A DNA stretch of 64,000 nucleotides from an uncultured Christensenella sp. (GTDB lineage: Bacteria; Bacillota; Clostridia; Christensenellales; Borkfalkiaceae): assembly GCA_964386845.1 (NCBI GenBank), contig CAYLUH010000005.1:5680-69679 (forward strand). Reading direction: 5' to 3'. Position numbers and translations under genes: made by a program. The notes beneath the pieces are model-generated. The model was not told the origin of the DNA. It made no database searches and worked only from the letters and a program-made list of their open reading frames with translations. Shown here piece after piece: positions 18,616 through 27,818 of the stretch. Within the stretch, counting starts at the first letter, position 1. Each line of letters opens with the position of its first letter.

Positions 18616-18726
18616 ATCCGTTACTCTCCTTCTCGTTATATTATCAACATTTTAACATATAAAAAAGTCGATTTCAATAGTTTTTTAAAATTTTTTTGCA
18701 AAAAATGGGCGTTTTTGGTGGTTTTT

Positions 18727-18756
18727 TTGACTAAAAAGGCATAATTTTCATAAAAT
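18727..18756 (+). promoter_or_regulatory. candidate promoter for murC (TTGACT-18 nt-TAAAAT)
   Basis: TTGACT at 18727-18732 and TAAAAT at 18751-18756. The -10 element ends only 5 nt before the murC ATG. Confidence 0.4.
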
Positions 18757-18761
18757 ATGTT

Positions 18762-20108
18762 ATGGAAAAATTGTCATATTTAAAAAGAATTAAAAGCGTT
18801 TATTTTATCGGCATAGGTGGAATTTCGATGAGTGCTTTGGCAAAATGGTGTTTGTCGAAAAAAAAGAGCGTTTCGGGAAGCGACAAAGTAAGTTCTTGCG
18901 TTACCGAAGAATTAAAAAATTCGGGTGCGACGATTTTTATAGGACACGGCAAAAAGAATATTCCTAAAGACGTTTCTCTCGTCGTCTACACGTCTGCCGT
19001 CGGAAGCGACAACGTCGAACTTAAATACGCCGTCGGCAAGCAAATAAAAATAATTAAGCGCAGTGAATTTTTGTCGCTCGTGTTAAAAGAATACAAAAAC
19101 ACGATAGCAGTTTCTGGTAGTCACGGAAAAACGACGTGCGTTTCAATGCTTACCCACGTTTTTCAGAATGCAAAACTATATCCGACTGCCTTTATCGGAG
19201 GCATCGACAAAAAATATTCCAACTTCTTAAACGGTAAAAAAGAGCATTTGATTTTGGAGGCTTGCGAGTACAAAAAAAATTTTTTGGATTTATCGCCGAA
19301 GTGCGCCGTTGTTTTGAATATAGACAACGACCATATGGACAGTTATAAAAGTGAACATAATATGATATGTGCATTCGAGCATTTTATTGCCAACAAGTTG
19401 GCGTTCGTCAATAACGATTGCTTAAAATGTAAAACGCTCGTTTGTAAAAACAAAATAACTTTCGGCTTGAAAAAGGGAGCGACTTACCGTGCAAAGTATA
19501 TTAAGTATAACGGCAACGGTTACTCTTTTACCGTTTACAAAAATAAATTTAAAATAGGCAGGATAAGGCTTTCGGTGTTCGGTATACATAACGTTTATAA
19601 CGCATTGGCGTGTTTTGCGTGTGCGTATCATTTCGGCATAGATTTCGGCGTTATAAAGGAAAGTTTAGAAAACTATTCGTTGGCAAAAAGGCGTGGCGAA
19701 TATTTGGGCAAAATAGGAGAGGCAGAAGCGTTCGGAGATTATGCGCATCACCCCAGCGAAATTAAAGCGACGCTAGAAGGTTTTAGAACGTGGGAAAACG
19801 ATTTGGTCGTTTTTCAACCGCACACTTATTCTAGGACGGAAAATCTTTTAGATAGTTTTGTTAGCGTGCTAAAAGGCGTTAAAAATCTCGTCGTCTACAA
19901 AACTTATTCGGCAAGGGAAAGATATAATTATAAAGGTAGCGCAAAGAGGCTTTTTTTAGAGATACAAAAATTAAACGACGGCGTAAAATATGCAAGTAGC
20001 GAAAGGCAATTAAAGTCTATAATCGAAGAAGTGGCGAAGGGGAAAAAACGCATATTTTTTTTAGGCGCAGGAGATATTTACGAAGTTGCGAAAAAACTTA
20101 TAAATTAA
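18762..20108 (+). CDS. murC: UDP-N-acetylmuramate--L-alanine ligase
   Basis: YFIGIGGISMSALA, SGSHGKTT, and Mur ligase middle and C-terminal domains. Confidence 0.92.
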   Translation: MEKLSYLKRIKSVYFIGIGGISMSALAKWCLSKKKSVSGSDKVSSCVTEELKNSGATIFIGHGKKNIPKDVSLVVYTSAVGSDNVELKYAVGKQIKIIKRSEFLSLVLKEYKNTIAVSGSHGKTTCVSMLTHVFQNAKLYPTAFIGGIDKKYSNFLNGKKEHLILEACEYKKNFLDLSPKCAVVLNIDNDHMDSYKSEHNMICAFEHFIANKLAFVNNDCLKCKTLVCKNKITFGLKKGATYRAKYIKYNGNGYSFTVYKNKFKIGRIRLSVFGIHNVYNALACFACAYHFGIDFGVIKESLENYSLAKRRGEYLGKIGEAEAFGDYAHHPSEIKATLEGFRTWENDLVVFQPHTYSRTENLLDSFVSVLKGVKNLVVYKTYSARERYNYKGSAKRLFLEIQKLNDGVKYASSERQLKSIIEEVAKGKKRIFFLGAGDIYEVAKKLIN

Positions 20109-20175
20109 AAATTTTTAACGGCAAAAAACCATTTGTCAAAAATTTTTAAAAAAAATAATAAATTTAATAAATTGC

Positions 20176-20204
20176 TTGCAAAAAGATTTAAATTAAGGTA
20201 TTAT
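20176..20204 (+). promoter_or_regulatory. candidate promoter for ldh (TTGCAA-17 nt-TATTAT)
   Basis: TTGCAA at 20176-20181 and TATTAT at 20199-20204. An AGGAG SD lies 12 nt before the ATG at 20240. Confidence 0.5.
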
Positions 20205-20239
20205 TTATATGTACTAAAATATAGGAGAAAATTGACGAA

Positions 20240-21202
20240 ATGGTTCAAAAGAAAAGAAAGATTGCAATTTTAGGAACAGGTAACGTTGGCGCAACAATCG
20301 CTTACACGTTAACATTAACCGGCGTTTGCTCGGAAATCGTACTTGTAGATATCAATAAAGTAAAGGCAAACGGCGAAGCATTAGACTTAACGCAATGTGC
20401 CGCAAGCGTTCCTTCCGTAAAAGTTTGGAGTGGCGAATATGAAGACGTTGCGGGAGCAGACGTAGTCGTAGTAACGTTCGGCGTTGGCAGAAAGCCGGGT
20501 CAATCCAGATTGGATTTAGCAAACATCAATATCGGTATTTTAACGTCGGTAATGCCAAACGTTGCAAAAATAGCACCTAACGCATTGTACGTTATCGTAT
20601 CCAACCCTGTAGACGTTTTGACGTATGCAACGATAAAATGCACGGGACTTCCCGTAAATCAAGTTATCGGTACGGGTACGCTTTTAGATTCAAACAGATT
20701 AAGCCAAGCAGTTGCCGCATACTGTGGAGTAGACACACATAACGTTAACTCTTTCGTATTAGGCGAACACGGCGACGCATGTATGTCTCCATGGAGTTTG
20801 TGCACAATCAGTGGTATGCCAATTAAAGAATACTGCAAGAAGTTTATGGGCGTTTCCGAAGATAAGTTAAACGAAGAGTTAGAAGGCATTTACACCGGAA
20901 TGGTTAAGTCGGGCTCTAAGGTTATCGAAGCAAAGGGCGCAACTTTCTATGCAATTGCCGCATCTACCGTACAACTCATCAAAGCGTTGCTTGCAGACAC
21001 GAAGACGATTCTTCCGTTGTCGACTGTGCTTAACGGGGAATACGGCGCAAAAGATTTGTGCATGGGCGTTCCTTGTATGGTTGGTGGAAGTGGTTTTGAA
21101 AAGGTCGTTGAACTTCCTTTAACAGAAGAAGAACAAAAGATTATGGACGCAAAGGTTGCTTCTTTGGACGCAACTTACGAAGCACTCGGCGTAAGAAAAT
21201 AA
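20240..21202 (+). CDS. ldh: L-lactate dehydrogenase
   Basis: KIAILGTGNVGATIAYTL, VSNPVD and LGEHGD. Confidence 0.93.
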   Translation: MVQKKRKIAILGTGNVGATIAYTLTLTGVCSEIVLVDINKVKANGEALDLTQCAASVPSVKVWSGEYEDVAGADVVVVTFGVGRKPGQSRLDLANINIGILTSVMPNVAKIAPNALYVIVSNPVDVLTYATIKCTGLPVNQVIGTGTLLDSNRLSQAVAAYCGVDTHNVNSFVLGEHGDACMSPWSLCTISGMPIKEYCKKFMGVSEDKLNEELEGIYTGMVKSGSKVIEAKGATFYAIAASTVQLIKALLADTKTILPLSTVLNGEYGAKDLCMGVPCMVGGSGFEKVVELPLTEEEQKIMDAKVASLDATYEALGVRK

Positions 21203-21225
21203 TCTAAAAATCAATTTGTAAAATG

Positions 21226-21256
21226 AAAAGGCTTTTCGATTGAAAAGCCTTTTTTG
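21226..21256 (+). terminator. intrinsic terminator after ldh
   Basis: Stem AAAAGGCTTTTC (21226-21237) / GAAAAGCCTTTT (21242-21253), a 4-nt loop, then a T-run. Confidence 0.85.
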
Positions 21257-21265
21257 TTGCAATAA

Positions 21266-21289
21266 AAAACGGCAAAACTTTGCCGTTTT
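21266..21289 (-). terminator. intrinsic terminator after sepF (minus strand)
   Basis: Hairpin AACGGCAAA..TTTGCCGTT, 10 nt beyond the sepF stop. An A-run on the plus strand gives the T-run for the minus-strand transcript. Confidence 0.7.
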
Positions 21290-21299
21290 GTTTTTATCG

Positions 21300-21620
21300 T
21301 TACTTGTTTACGATAACGCCCGACGGAGAGAACATAAAAATATTTTTTTCCATTTCGTAAACGCCACCGTCAAGAGCGTAAATGGCGCCCGACAGCATAT
21401 CCAAAATACGAAGCGAAGTGTTTTCTTTCAATTCGGAAAAATGTACGATTGCGTTTTTTCCCGTTTTAAGCGTGTCGATAATTTTTTCCACGTCGTCGTA
21501 ACTTTTCGGATAAAAAATAGAAACGGGGTTAGAACCGTTACTCGATAACGGCTCCAAAAATTCTCTTTTTTCCGATTTAGGTTGTTCGTTTTTTCCGAAT
21601 AAACGGTCAAATATTCCCAT
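21300..21620 (-). CDS. sepF: cell division protein SepF (short form)
   Basis: DUF552 core: IFYPKSYDDVEKIIDTLKTGKNAIVHFSELKENTSLRILDMLSGAIYALDG. Confidence 0.88.
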   Translation of the reverse strand: MGIFDRLFGKNEQPKSEKREFLEPLSSNGSNPVSIFYPKSYDDVEKIIDTLKTGKNAIVHFSELKENTSLRILDMLSGAIYALDGGVYEMEKNIFMFSPSGVIVNK

Positions 21621-21631
21621 AATTTTCTCCT

Positions 21632-22300
21632 CTAAACGTTGTAATTTCTTTTTCCGAAAATGCCACTGCCGATTCTTATCATATTGCTTCCGTTTTTAAT
21701 TGCGATTTTGTAGTCACCGCTCATTCCCACGGATAGATATTTAAAATCAAATCCGTCGTTTTTCAAAGCGTCGTAAAGAGAGCGCATTTTAACGCAAAGC
21801 GTCGTTAAAAGATTTTGGTCTTCGGAGTGGGGGAGCATTGCCATAAGCCCCACGATTTTTACATTTTTAAGTTTGGATAATTCTTTTATCGATTCGACGG
21901 CATTGTCGAGAGAAAAACCACTTTTACTCAATTCTCCACCGACGTTTATTTCGCATAATACCGATTGAACGACGCTCTTTTTAAACGCCTCCTTGTCAAT
22001 ACATTCTGCCAAATGCACGCTGTCCACCGACTGAATTAATGTAACTTTTCCCACAAGGTACTTAACTTTGTTCGTTTGTAAATGTCCGATAAACTGTTGT
22101 TCTGCGCCTTTAATAAGTTGATTTTTTTCTCTAAACTCTTGAACCTTGTTTTCGGCAACGATTTTTAATCCTAGCGATACGGCTTGATTTATCGTGTCTG
22201 CGTCAATAGTTTTAGTTGCGCCGACAAGCGAAATTTCTTCGCCTAAATTATTTCCCGATTTTATTTCGTTTATAATAGAAATTAAATTTTCTTTAAGCAT
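21632..22300 (-). CDS. yggS: YggS/YlmE family PLP homeostasis protein
   Basis: LVGATKT (PLP lysine), GHLQTNKVKY, LSVGMSGDY and IRIGSGIFG. Confidence 0.9.
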   Translation of the reverse strand: MLKENLISIINEIKSGNNLGEEISLVGATKTIDADTINQAVSLGLKIVAENKVQEFREKNQLIKGAEQQFIGHLQTNKVKYLVGKVTLIQSVDSVHLAECIDKEAFKKSVVQSVLCEINVGGELSKSGFSLDNAVESIKELSKLKNVKIVGLMAMLPHSEDQNLLTTLCVKMRSLYDALKNDGFDFKYLSVGMSGDYKIAIKNGSNMIRIGSGIFGKRNYNV

Positions 22301-23051
22301 TTTTACTGTCTTCGATTAAGTCTTGCATATTGTATAAGCCGACTTTTTTACCTGCCAAAAAGATTGACGCTCTAACTGCGCCGAAAGCAAACACGCTTCT
22401 GTCTTGAGCCGAGTGCGAAATAGTAATCGTTTCGTTTTCGCCTGCAAAAAGCACATCGTGTTCGCCGACGATTGTGCCACCACGAACGGCGTGAATACCT
22501 ATTTCCGTTTTGGTGCGTTTTCCAACTTTACCTTCTCTGCCGTAAACGTAAGTGCTGTCCGTGTTAACGCTCTTAACAGCGTCAGCCAGCATAAGAGCCG
22601 TGCCACTGGGTGCGTCCACCTTTTGATTGTGATGTTTTTCTATTATTTCAATATCGAATCCGTACAAAAGTTTGGTCGCTTCCTTTACGAGTTCCATCAC
22701 GGTGTTAACGCCGAGCGACATATTTGCCGACCTAAAAAGCGCAACCTTTTTGCTTGCTTCGTTAATTTTTTCAATATCGTCAGCCGTGTAACCCGTCGTG
22801 CATAAAACCACGGGCGTTGAAGTTTTAACGGCAAAGCTTAATAATTTGTCCAAAACGACGGGGGAGGAGAAGTCTATAACAACGTCTACCTTTTCGGTAA
22901 CCTTGTCAAAGGAGTCGTAAACAGGGAAATTCGAATTATCTTCTTTAATGTCGACGCCACAAACGACTTGTGCGTTTTCCGTTACGGAAACTGCTTCGAA
23001 AACCTTTTTTCCCATACGTCCCAGTGCGCCGTTTATTAAAATATTAACCAT
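22293..23051 (-). CDS. dapB: 4-hydroxy-tetrahydrodipicolinate reductase
   Basis: INGALGRMGK, EKHHNQKVDAPSGTA. 252 aa. Confidence 0.93.
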   Translation of the reverse strand: MVNILINGALGRMGKKVFEAVSVTENAQVVCGVDIKEDNSNFPVYDSFDKVTEKVDVVIDFSSPVVLDKLLSFAVKTSTPVVLCTTGYTADDIEKINEASKKVALFRSANMSLGVNTVMELVKEATKLLYGFDIEIIEKHHNQKVDAPSGTALMLADAVKSVNTDSTYVYGREGKVGKRTKTEIGIHAVRGGTIVGEHDVLFAGENETITISHSAQDRSVFAFGAVRASIFLAGKKVGLYNMQDLIEDSKNA

Positions 23052-23060
23052 TTTGTCTCC

Positions 23061-23948
23061 TTAAAATTTAAATCCGAAATCTTTAAGTATTTTTGTCAAA
23101 CTCATCGTGTGTTCTTCTTCGAGTTCGGTAAGAGGCGCTCTTACGATGCCACTGCCGAGGCCTATAAGTTCCGTCGCCTTTTTTACGGGTATGGGGTTAA
23201 CTTCGGTAAACATAGCGTCAATCAAAGGAAGCAACCTTTCTTGAAGTTCGGTGGCTTCTTTGTTTTGCCCGTTAAAGTATAACCTTGCAACGTCGCCCAC
23301 CTCTTTCGGAGCAATGTTGGAAGCAACGGAAATCAAACCTTTGGAGCCTATGGAAAGCATTGCCAAATTAAGATTGTCGTCGCCCGAGTATAGTGCCGTT
23401 TTGCCACGAATAAGTCTTGCCGTTTCGCAAATTTGCTCCATATTGCCACAAGCCTCTTTAATGCCACCGATGTTTTTGTGTTCTGCAATTTCAGCCATCG
23501 TTTGAGGCAAAATGTTAACGCCCGTTCTTGCCGGAACGTTGTAACACAAAATGGGAATATCGACGTTGTTAGCGATATCGTTGTAATATTTAATCAAGCC
23601 TTTTTGAGTACATTTGTTGTAATAAGGCGTAACGACCAAAAGTCCGTCTGCACCGATTTTTTGTGCAAGCACGCTCTTTTCAATGGCTTTTTTGGTACAA
23701 TTACTGCCCGAGCCCAAAATAAATTTTACTCTTTTATTGATTTTTTCAAAAGCGAATTTAGCAACGCTTTCGTATTCTTCATCGGTAATGGTAGGCGCTT
23801 CGCCCGTCGTACCAAGCACGCATAAAGCGTCGATACCGTTTGAAATCTGGTATTCGATTTGTTTTTCGAAAGCGTCGTAATCGATGCCGTTTTCTGTAAA
23901 CGGGGTAACCATCGCCGTACAAGTACCCTTAAAAATAACGTTATTCAT
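23061..23948 (-). CDS. dapA: 4-hydroxy-tetrahydrodipicolinate synthase
   Basis: TAMVTPF, GTTGE, VVTPYYNK and GIKEA (Schiff-base Lys). Confidence 0.93.
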   Translation of the reverse strand: MNNVIFKGTCTAMVTPFTENGIDYDAFEKQIEYQISNGIDALCVLGTTGEAPTITDEEYESVAKFAFEKINKRVKFILGSGSNCTKKAIEKSVLAQKIGADGLLVVTPYYNKCTQKGLIKYYNDIANNVDIPILCYNVPARTGVNILPQTMAEIAEHKNIGGIKEACGNMEQICETARLIRGKTALYSGDDNLNLAMLSIGSKGLISVASNIAPKEVGDVARLYFNGQNKEATELQERLLPLIDAMFTEVNPIPVKKATELIGLGSGIVRAPLTELEEEHTMSLTKILKDFGFKF

Positions 23949-23962
23949 ACTTTTCCTTAAAA

Positions 23963-24982
23963 TTATTCTTGATATTGATTTTTTACAGCGCCGAGTTCAA
24001 TAGCCTTTTCAGCAATTTGAACGGCGTTAGTTGCCGCACCCTTTCTGATGTTGTCGGCAACGACCCAAATGTTAACGCCGTAAGGAACGGTGTCGTCTTG
24101 TCTGATTCTTCCGACGAAAACTTCGTTTTTGTTTTCTGCCGTAATAGGCATGGGGTATAAGTTTTTAGAAGCGTCGTCTTGAATAACGACACCTTCTGCG
24201 CTTGCGAGTACTTTTCTAACGTCTTCCACCGTGCAAGGTTTTTCGAATTCGATATTGATAGATTCGCTGTGGCCGAAGTAAACGGGCACTCTAACGCAAG
24301 TTGCCGTAACTTTCATATCCCAGTCGCCGAGAATTTTTTTAGTTTCGAAAATCATCTTGTCTTCTTCTTTCGTGTAACCGTTGTCTAGGAAGACGTCGAT
24401 GTGAGGCAAACAGTTGCCGAAAATCGGATAAGGGAATTTTTGAGGTGCTTCACCGCAAATGCCACCCTTTAAGTCGTTAAAACCTTTAACGCCTGCGCCC
24501 GAAACGGCTTGATAGGTAGAATAGATAACCCTTTTAATTTTGAAAGCCTCGTGAAGTGGCTTCAAAGCAACCATTGCTTGAATGGTAGAGCAGTTCGGGT
24601 TAGCAATAATATTTTTATGCCACAAAATATCTTTTGCGTTACATTCTGGAACGACGAGAGGAACGTTTTTATCTCTACGCCAAGCGTTAGAGTTGTCGAT
24701 AACGAGCGTTCCTTTTTTAGCGAAAACGGGGGCGAATTTTTTAGAAACGTCACCACCTGCCGAAAATAGAGCGATGTCTGCGTCGCACGCTAAAATATTT
24801 TCTTCGTTGAGTTCGATAACGGTGTGAGTTTTACCCATAAAATCAATTTGTTTGCCTGCCGACTTGCTGGAAGCAAATAAATAATAATTTTCTACGGGAA
24901 GTTTTCTTTCCGTTAAAACTTCTAAAAATTTGTTGCCGACCATACCCGTTGCGCCGACAACTGCCACGTTATACTTTTTCAT
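23963..24982 (-). CDS. asd: aspartate-semialdehyde dehydrogenase
   Basis: VAVVGATGMVG, NPNCSTI (active-site Cys) and SGAG. Confidence 0.93.
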   Translation of the reverse strand: MKKYNVAVVGATGMVGNKFLEVLTERKLPVENYYLFASSKSAGKQIDFMGKTHTVIELNEENILACDADIALFSAGGDVSKKFAPVFAKKGTLVIDNSNAWRRDKNVPLVVPECNAKDILWHKNIIANPNCSTIQAMVALKPLHEAFKIKRVIYSTYQAVSGAGVKGFNDLKGGICGEAPQKFPYPIFGNCLPHIDVFLDNGYTKEEDKMIFETKKILGDWDMKVTATCVRVPVYFGHSESINIEFEKPCTVEDVRKVLASAEGVVIQDDASKNLYPMPITAENKNEVFVGRIRQDDTVPYGVNIWVVADNIRKGAATNAVQIAEKAIELGAVKNQYQE

Positions 24983-25167
24983 AAAAACAGTCTCCTTAAA
25001 GTTAATCGTAATAAATTAAATATAATATAACAAAACTATGTTAAAAAGTAAAGTTTTTTTGAGAATAAGTGCGAAAATGATTGTAAAAAATTTAAATTTG
25101 TTATACTATATATCTGTGATAAATTTTCGTTTTAACGATAGAAAACAAAAAAAGAGAGATTATTTTA

Positions 25168-26433
25168 ATGGCAGAACAAAAACAAGGGCTTCTTAGCAGA
25201 ATGATTATAGGCACGGAAAAGTCCGAAGGGTACGCAAGGGCGTCGCTTCCGTCGAACAGATGGGAACTTTTCTGGGATATATTCAAGGGTAGTTACAAAA
25301 AACTCATCGGCATAAACTTGCTGATGCTCATATTTTTCTTACCGCTTTTTGCACTAATATTTTTTCAAGTAAGCGCAACGCTTAGTTACGGAATGTTGTG
25401 CCCTTATTCTCAAGGTTTCGGAGTGGGGTATCAGTCGGTTAGCAGTTTCGTCGGTTACGCAGAGAGCATCGCCGTCAGAATCAACGTAAGTTTTTATATA
25501 CTATTACCCGTTGCTTGTATGTTGGCTGCAATAGGCGTTGCAGGTGGCGCTTACGTTATAAGAAATTTAGTTTGGACGGAAGGCATTTTCGTTTCCAACG
25601 ATTTTTGGAAAGGCGTAAAACAAAATATAAAACAAATGCTTTTGATAGCGTTGTTTTATTCGGTTATACTTTACGGAACCATTTTAGCCGTAACCTTTGC
25701 AAATCAAAGTATGGCGTTAGAGACGGCGCCCAAGTGGCTTATGATGTTTTGTAAAATAGGCGCAATAGTGCTTTTGTGCTTTTTCACCATCGTAATGCTC
25801 CATATGGTAACGATGAGCGTAACGTACGACTTAACTTTCCCGAAAATAATGAGAAACGGCTTTATTTTCACAATCGGACTTTTGCCTCAAAACGTATTTT
25901 TTGCCGCACTTGCCTTAATTCCGTTCGGTCTTTTGGCACTCGGTGGGCTGTTTACGGTGATTGGCGTATTGCTGTTGATATTTATATCCATAGCGTACAC
26001 CGTGCTCGTTTGGACGGTATATTCGCACTGGATGTACGATAAGTTTATTAACGACAGGATAGAGGGTGCAAAGAAGAATAGGGGTATATACACCAAAATT
26101 AAAGAAAACGATTCTGAAGCGCTTGCAAAACACGGCGAAATGCTTTCGACGAGAATAAAGTGTTCGCTTAACAGTCGTCCTATTAAACCTATCACGGACG
26201 AAGAGATAACCATTGCAGAACTTCCAACCTCATTTAACAGGAGCGACATAGCAAGGCTTACGGAAAGTAAAAAGGCTATGTACGAAGATAACGAAAGGTA
26301 TATAGAAGAGCACAAAGACGACGAGATATACAAATTTGCAGAGCCCGTTAAAGAGGAAACGAAGGAAGACAAGAAGAAGGCAAAACGGATAGCAAAAGCA
26401 AAGAAAGAGTTGGCAAAGAGAGATAAAAAATAA
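25168..26433 (+). CDS. YesL (DUF624) family membrane protein with extended charged C-terminus
   Basis: NRWELFWDIFKGSYKKLIGINLLMLIFFLPLF is the DUF624 N-terminal signature. It has several TM segments and a ~130-aa hydrophilic K/E-rich tail. Confidence 0.7.
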   Translation: MAEQKQGLLSRMIIGTEKSEGYARASLPSNRWELFWDIFKGSYKKLIGINLLMLIFFLPLFALIFFQVSATLSYGMLCPYSQGFGVGYQSVSSFVGYAESIAVRINVSFYILLPVACMLAAIGVAGGAYVIRNLVWTEGIFVSNDFWKGVKQNIKQMLLIALFYSVILYGTILAVTFANQSMALETAPKWLMMFCKIGAIVLLCFFTIVMLHMVTMSVTYDLTFPKIMRNGFIFTIGLLPQNVFFAALALIPFGLLALGGLFTVIGVLLLIFISIAYTVLVWTVYSHWMYDKFINDRIEGAKKNRGIYTKIKENDSEALAKHGEMLSTRIKCSLNSRPIKPITDEEITIAELPTSFNRSDIARLTESKKAMYEDNERYIEEHKDDEIYKFAEPVKEETKEDKKKAKRIAKAKKELAKRDKK

Positions 26434-26507
26434 TTTTTGTAAGGCGCTTTTAGAAATAAAGGCGTCTTAAATTTGATGCTAGATATTTTTTTACGGGAAG
26501 AAAACTA

Positions 26508-27818
26508 ATGGAAGTTATAGATTTTTTATGTCAGTTGGCGATAATATTATTTACCACCAAAATGTTCGGAATATTAATGAGGAAGATAGGGCTCCCTCAG
26601 GTACTTGGTTTTATAATCGCAGGGCTATTGATAGGTCCCGCAATATGGGGTTTGTTTTTTGATTTAAATCCAAACAATATTTTCCCCATAATGATGGGCG
26701 ATAACAATCCGTATTTAAAAGCATTTGCCGAAGTCGGCGTAATATTCGTTATGTTTACGGCAGGGCTTGAAACGAAGATAGAAGACCTTAAAAGTTCGGG
26801 CGTGGAAGCCTTTTTGATTGCACTCGGTGGCGTGCTTCTTCCACTCGGACTCGGCACCTTAATCGGCTATTTGTTTTTGCCGTCGGAAGGCTTCGTAACG
26901 TGGCTTTTCATCGGCGTTATAATGACGGCGACAAGCGTCGGCATAACAGTCGAAGTGTTAAGGGAATTAGGAAAATTAAACACGAAAGTCGGAACGATAA
27001 TAGTATCTGCCGCCGTTATAGACGACGTTTTGGGAATAGTCGTTTTGTCGCTTGCACTGTCTCTTGCACCAAATCAAGGCACGGGAATTTCCCCCGTGTT
27101 AAGTGCTATAAATCCTAACGGAAGCGTTGTAATCACCGTTCTATGGATATTCGCATTCTTCGTGTTTGCGATAGGCGCCGGAATCGGCATATCCAAACTT
27201 TTCAAAATTATGGAAGCAAAAACGCCTCATACGAGAAGAATTCCCATCTTGTCGATAGCAGTATGCTTTGCTTATGCGTTTATCGCAGAAAAAGTTTTCG
27301 GCGTTGCCGACATTACGGGAGCGTACATTGCCGGAATTATTCTTTCAACCAATCATAAGTCGGCAGAGTACGTCGACAGAAAGGTAAGCATAAATTCTTA
27401 CACCTTGTTTGCACCGATATTTTTTGCCAGCATAGGCATAAAAATCGTGCTTAACGATATGAGCTGGGATTTATTGTGGTTTGCGCTTGCGTTCGTTGCC
27501 ACGGCGATACTCACCAAAATAATAGGTTGTGGTGGCGTTGCAAAATGTTTTAGGTTTAAGTGGAAAGATAGTTTCCGTATAGGCGTCGGAATGATTGCCC
27601 GTGGCGAAGTTGCCCTCATCGTTATGGAAAAGGGGCTTTCGGGTGGACTTATATCCGACGAAAAATACAGAGTCATCGTCGTTGCGCTCGTTTTGGTAAG
27701 TTCCTTGCTTGCGCCGATACTGTTAAAATTATTGTATAAAAATTCAGACGATTTGCCGACCAGAGGCGATTTAGAAGGAGGACAAATTGAACAACCTGTT
27801 AAAGGCGTTGATATTTGA
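26508..27818 (+). CDS. cation:proton antiporter (CPA2 / Kef-NapA type)
   Basis: LPQVLGFIIAGLLIGP.., about 12 TM segments and Na_H_exchanger family architecture. Confidence 0.85.
   Translation: MEVIDFLCQLAIILFTTKMFGILMRKIGLPQVLGFIIAGLLIGPAIWGLFFDLNPNNIFPIMMGDNNPYLKAFAEVGVIFVMFTAGLETKIEDLKSSGVEAFLIALGGVLLPLGLGTLIGYLFLPSEGFVTWLFIGVIMTATSVGITVEVLRELGKLNTKVGTIIVSAAVIDDVLGIVVLSLALSLAPNQGTGISPVLSAINPNGSVVITVLWIFAFFVFAIGAGIGISKLFKIMEAKTPHTRRIPILSIAVCFAYAFIAEKVFGVADITGAYIAGIILSTNHKSAEYVDRKVSINSYTLFAPIFFASIGIKIVLNDMSWDLLWFALAFVATAILTKIIGCGGVAKCFRFKWKDSFRIGVGMIARGEVALIVMEKGLSGGLISDEKYRVIVVALVLVSSLLAPILLKLLYKNSDDLPTRGDLEGGQIEQPVKGVDI

Noticed and set aside
20133-20150. Rex operator upstream of ldh (half-site TTGTCAA).
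   Set aside because: Only one half-site is present. The partner half (TTCACAA or TTAACAA) is missing, since the sequence continues AAATTTTTAAAA.
24983-25167. Possible lysine (L-box) riboswitch upstream of the asd-dapA-dapB operon.
   Set aside because: The 185-nt spacer is extremely AT-rich and has none of the conserved GC-containing L-box helices. It is also shared with the divergent YesL promoter.
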